Translations under genes and position numbers: made by a program
Source of the DNA: Utricularia gibba
Taxonomy: Eukaryota; Plantae; Magnoliophyta
Length of the DNA: 64,000 nt
Direction: 5' to 3'
NCBI GenBank assembly: GCA_002189035.1
Contig: NEEC01000010.1
Coordinates: 2,914,001 to 2,978,000, forward strand
The notes under the pieces: generated by a model
What the model was told of the DNA's origin: nothing
Databases searched by the model: none
What the model saw: only the letters and a program-made list of their open reading frames with translations
In this document: in pieces, positions 63,654 through 64,000 of the stretch
How positions within the stretch are numbered: position 1 is the first letter of the stretch
Layout: every line of letters begins with the position of its first letter

Positions 63654-64000
63654 TCATTTGGAACCCACCGGAATCTTCTTCACAACAACGGCGACCGCCA
63701 TTCCAAAAAATCCAATCGCCACCGTGGCTAGCCACTGGAACAGCGTGAGCGGATGTGTGTTGGCAAATGTTCCCAGATACTCCACGATCACGAACTGGAA
63801 GAGGATGGTGCAGGCCAAGACGCCCATGAATACATAGTTGACAAGCATTCCTTTGAAGACATTCAACTTCTCCATCTCCCTGGAGCTGATCTCATTGAAA
63901 ACCTGCATCCACAGCAACTGTTGCCATCTGTTTTGTGACAGAGGTTTGTTTCTCTTGTGAAAGGTCTTACCTGGCAGAAGACGAAGGCGTTGAATATAAT
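63654..64000 (-). CDS. ACA: Autoinhibited Ca2+-ATPase (P2B, ACA2/ACA7-like), last two exons; the gene continues beyond the window
   Basis: Exons 64000-63971 (IIFNAFVFCQ) and 63902-63654 (VFNEISSREMEKLNVFKG...FLGTFANT-type TM9/10...KKIPV). Confidence 0.92.
   Translation of the reverse strand, partial: YIQRLRLLPGKTFHKRNKPLSQNRWQQLLWMQVFNEISSREMEKLNVFKGMLVNYVFMGVLACTILFQFVIVEYLGTFANTHPLTLFQWLATVAIGFFGMAVAVVVKKIPVGSK

Noticed and set aside
1-64000. The many antisense and alternate-frame ORFs in the track; also tRNA, rRNA, snRNA and CRISPR features
   Set aside because: The ORFs are shadows of real exons or run through introns. By eye I found no tRNA cloverleaf, rRNA or snRNA match, or repeat-spacer array.

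Overview
Eudicot plant nuclear DNA, very gene-dense: 20 complete genes plus the 3' end of a 21st in 64 kb (about 3 kb per gene). Many introns are only 60-90 nt, several gene-to-gene gaps are under 500 bp, and I found no recognisable transposon. Gene order: S9 peptidase, metallophosphoesterase, TIC22, GUX2 and WEB1-like (all +); CYP707A, HsfB4, LSM2, patatin, RLK, MBR-like RING, PABP and VFB F-box (all -); MYB44-like (+); WPP and cyclin A3 (-); CYP81, Pumilio and iridoid synthase (+); subtilase and ACA Ca-ATPase 3' end (-). The compactness plus a snapdragon-like iridoid synthase suggest a small-genome Lamiales plant such as Lentibulariaceae (inference). The strongest biological signal is the iridoid synthase at 56132-57457. 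It carries the Trp and Leu residues I recall as diagnostic of the C7-(R) (epi-iridoid) enzyme AmISY, and its first exon is hidden behind a GC-AG intron, so the ORF track misses it. Other signals are an intronless, frameshifted CYP81, a Pumilio with diverged N-terminal repeats, a promoter-bearing spliced-looking non-coding locus at 58.7-59.7 kb, and two unexplained exon-like loci (18.3-19.2 kb and 62.3-63.5 kb). Five firm and two probable single-base (-1) frameshifts in otherwise intact genes point to long-read consensus errors. Family calls come from motif recognition and memory; no database search was run.
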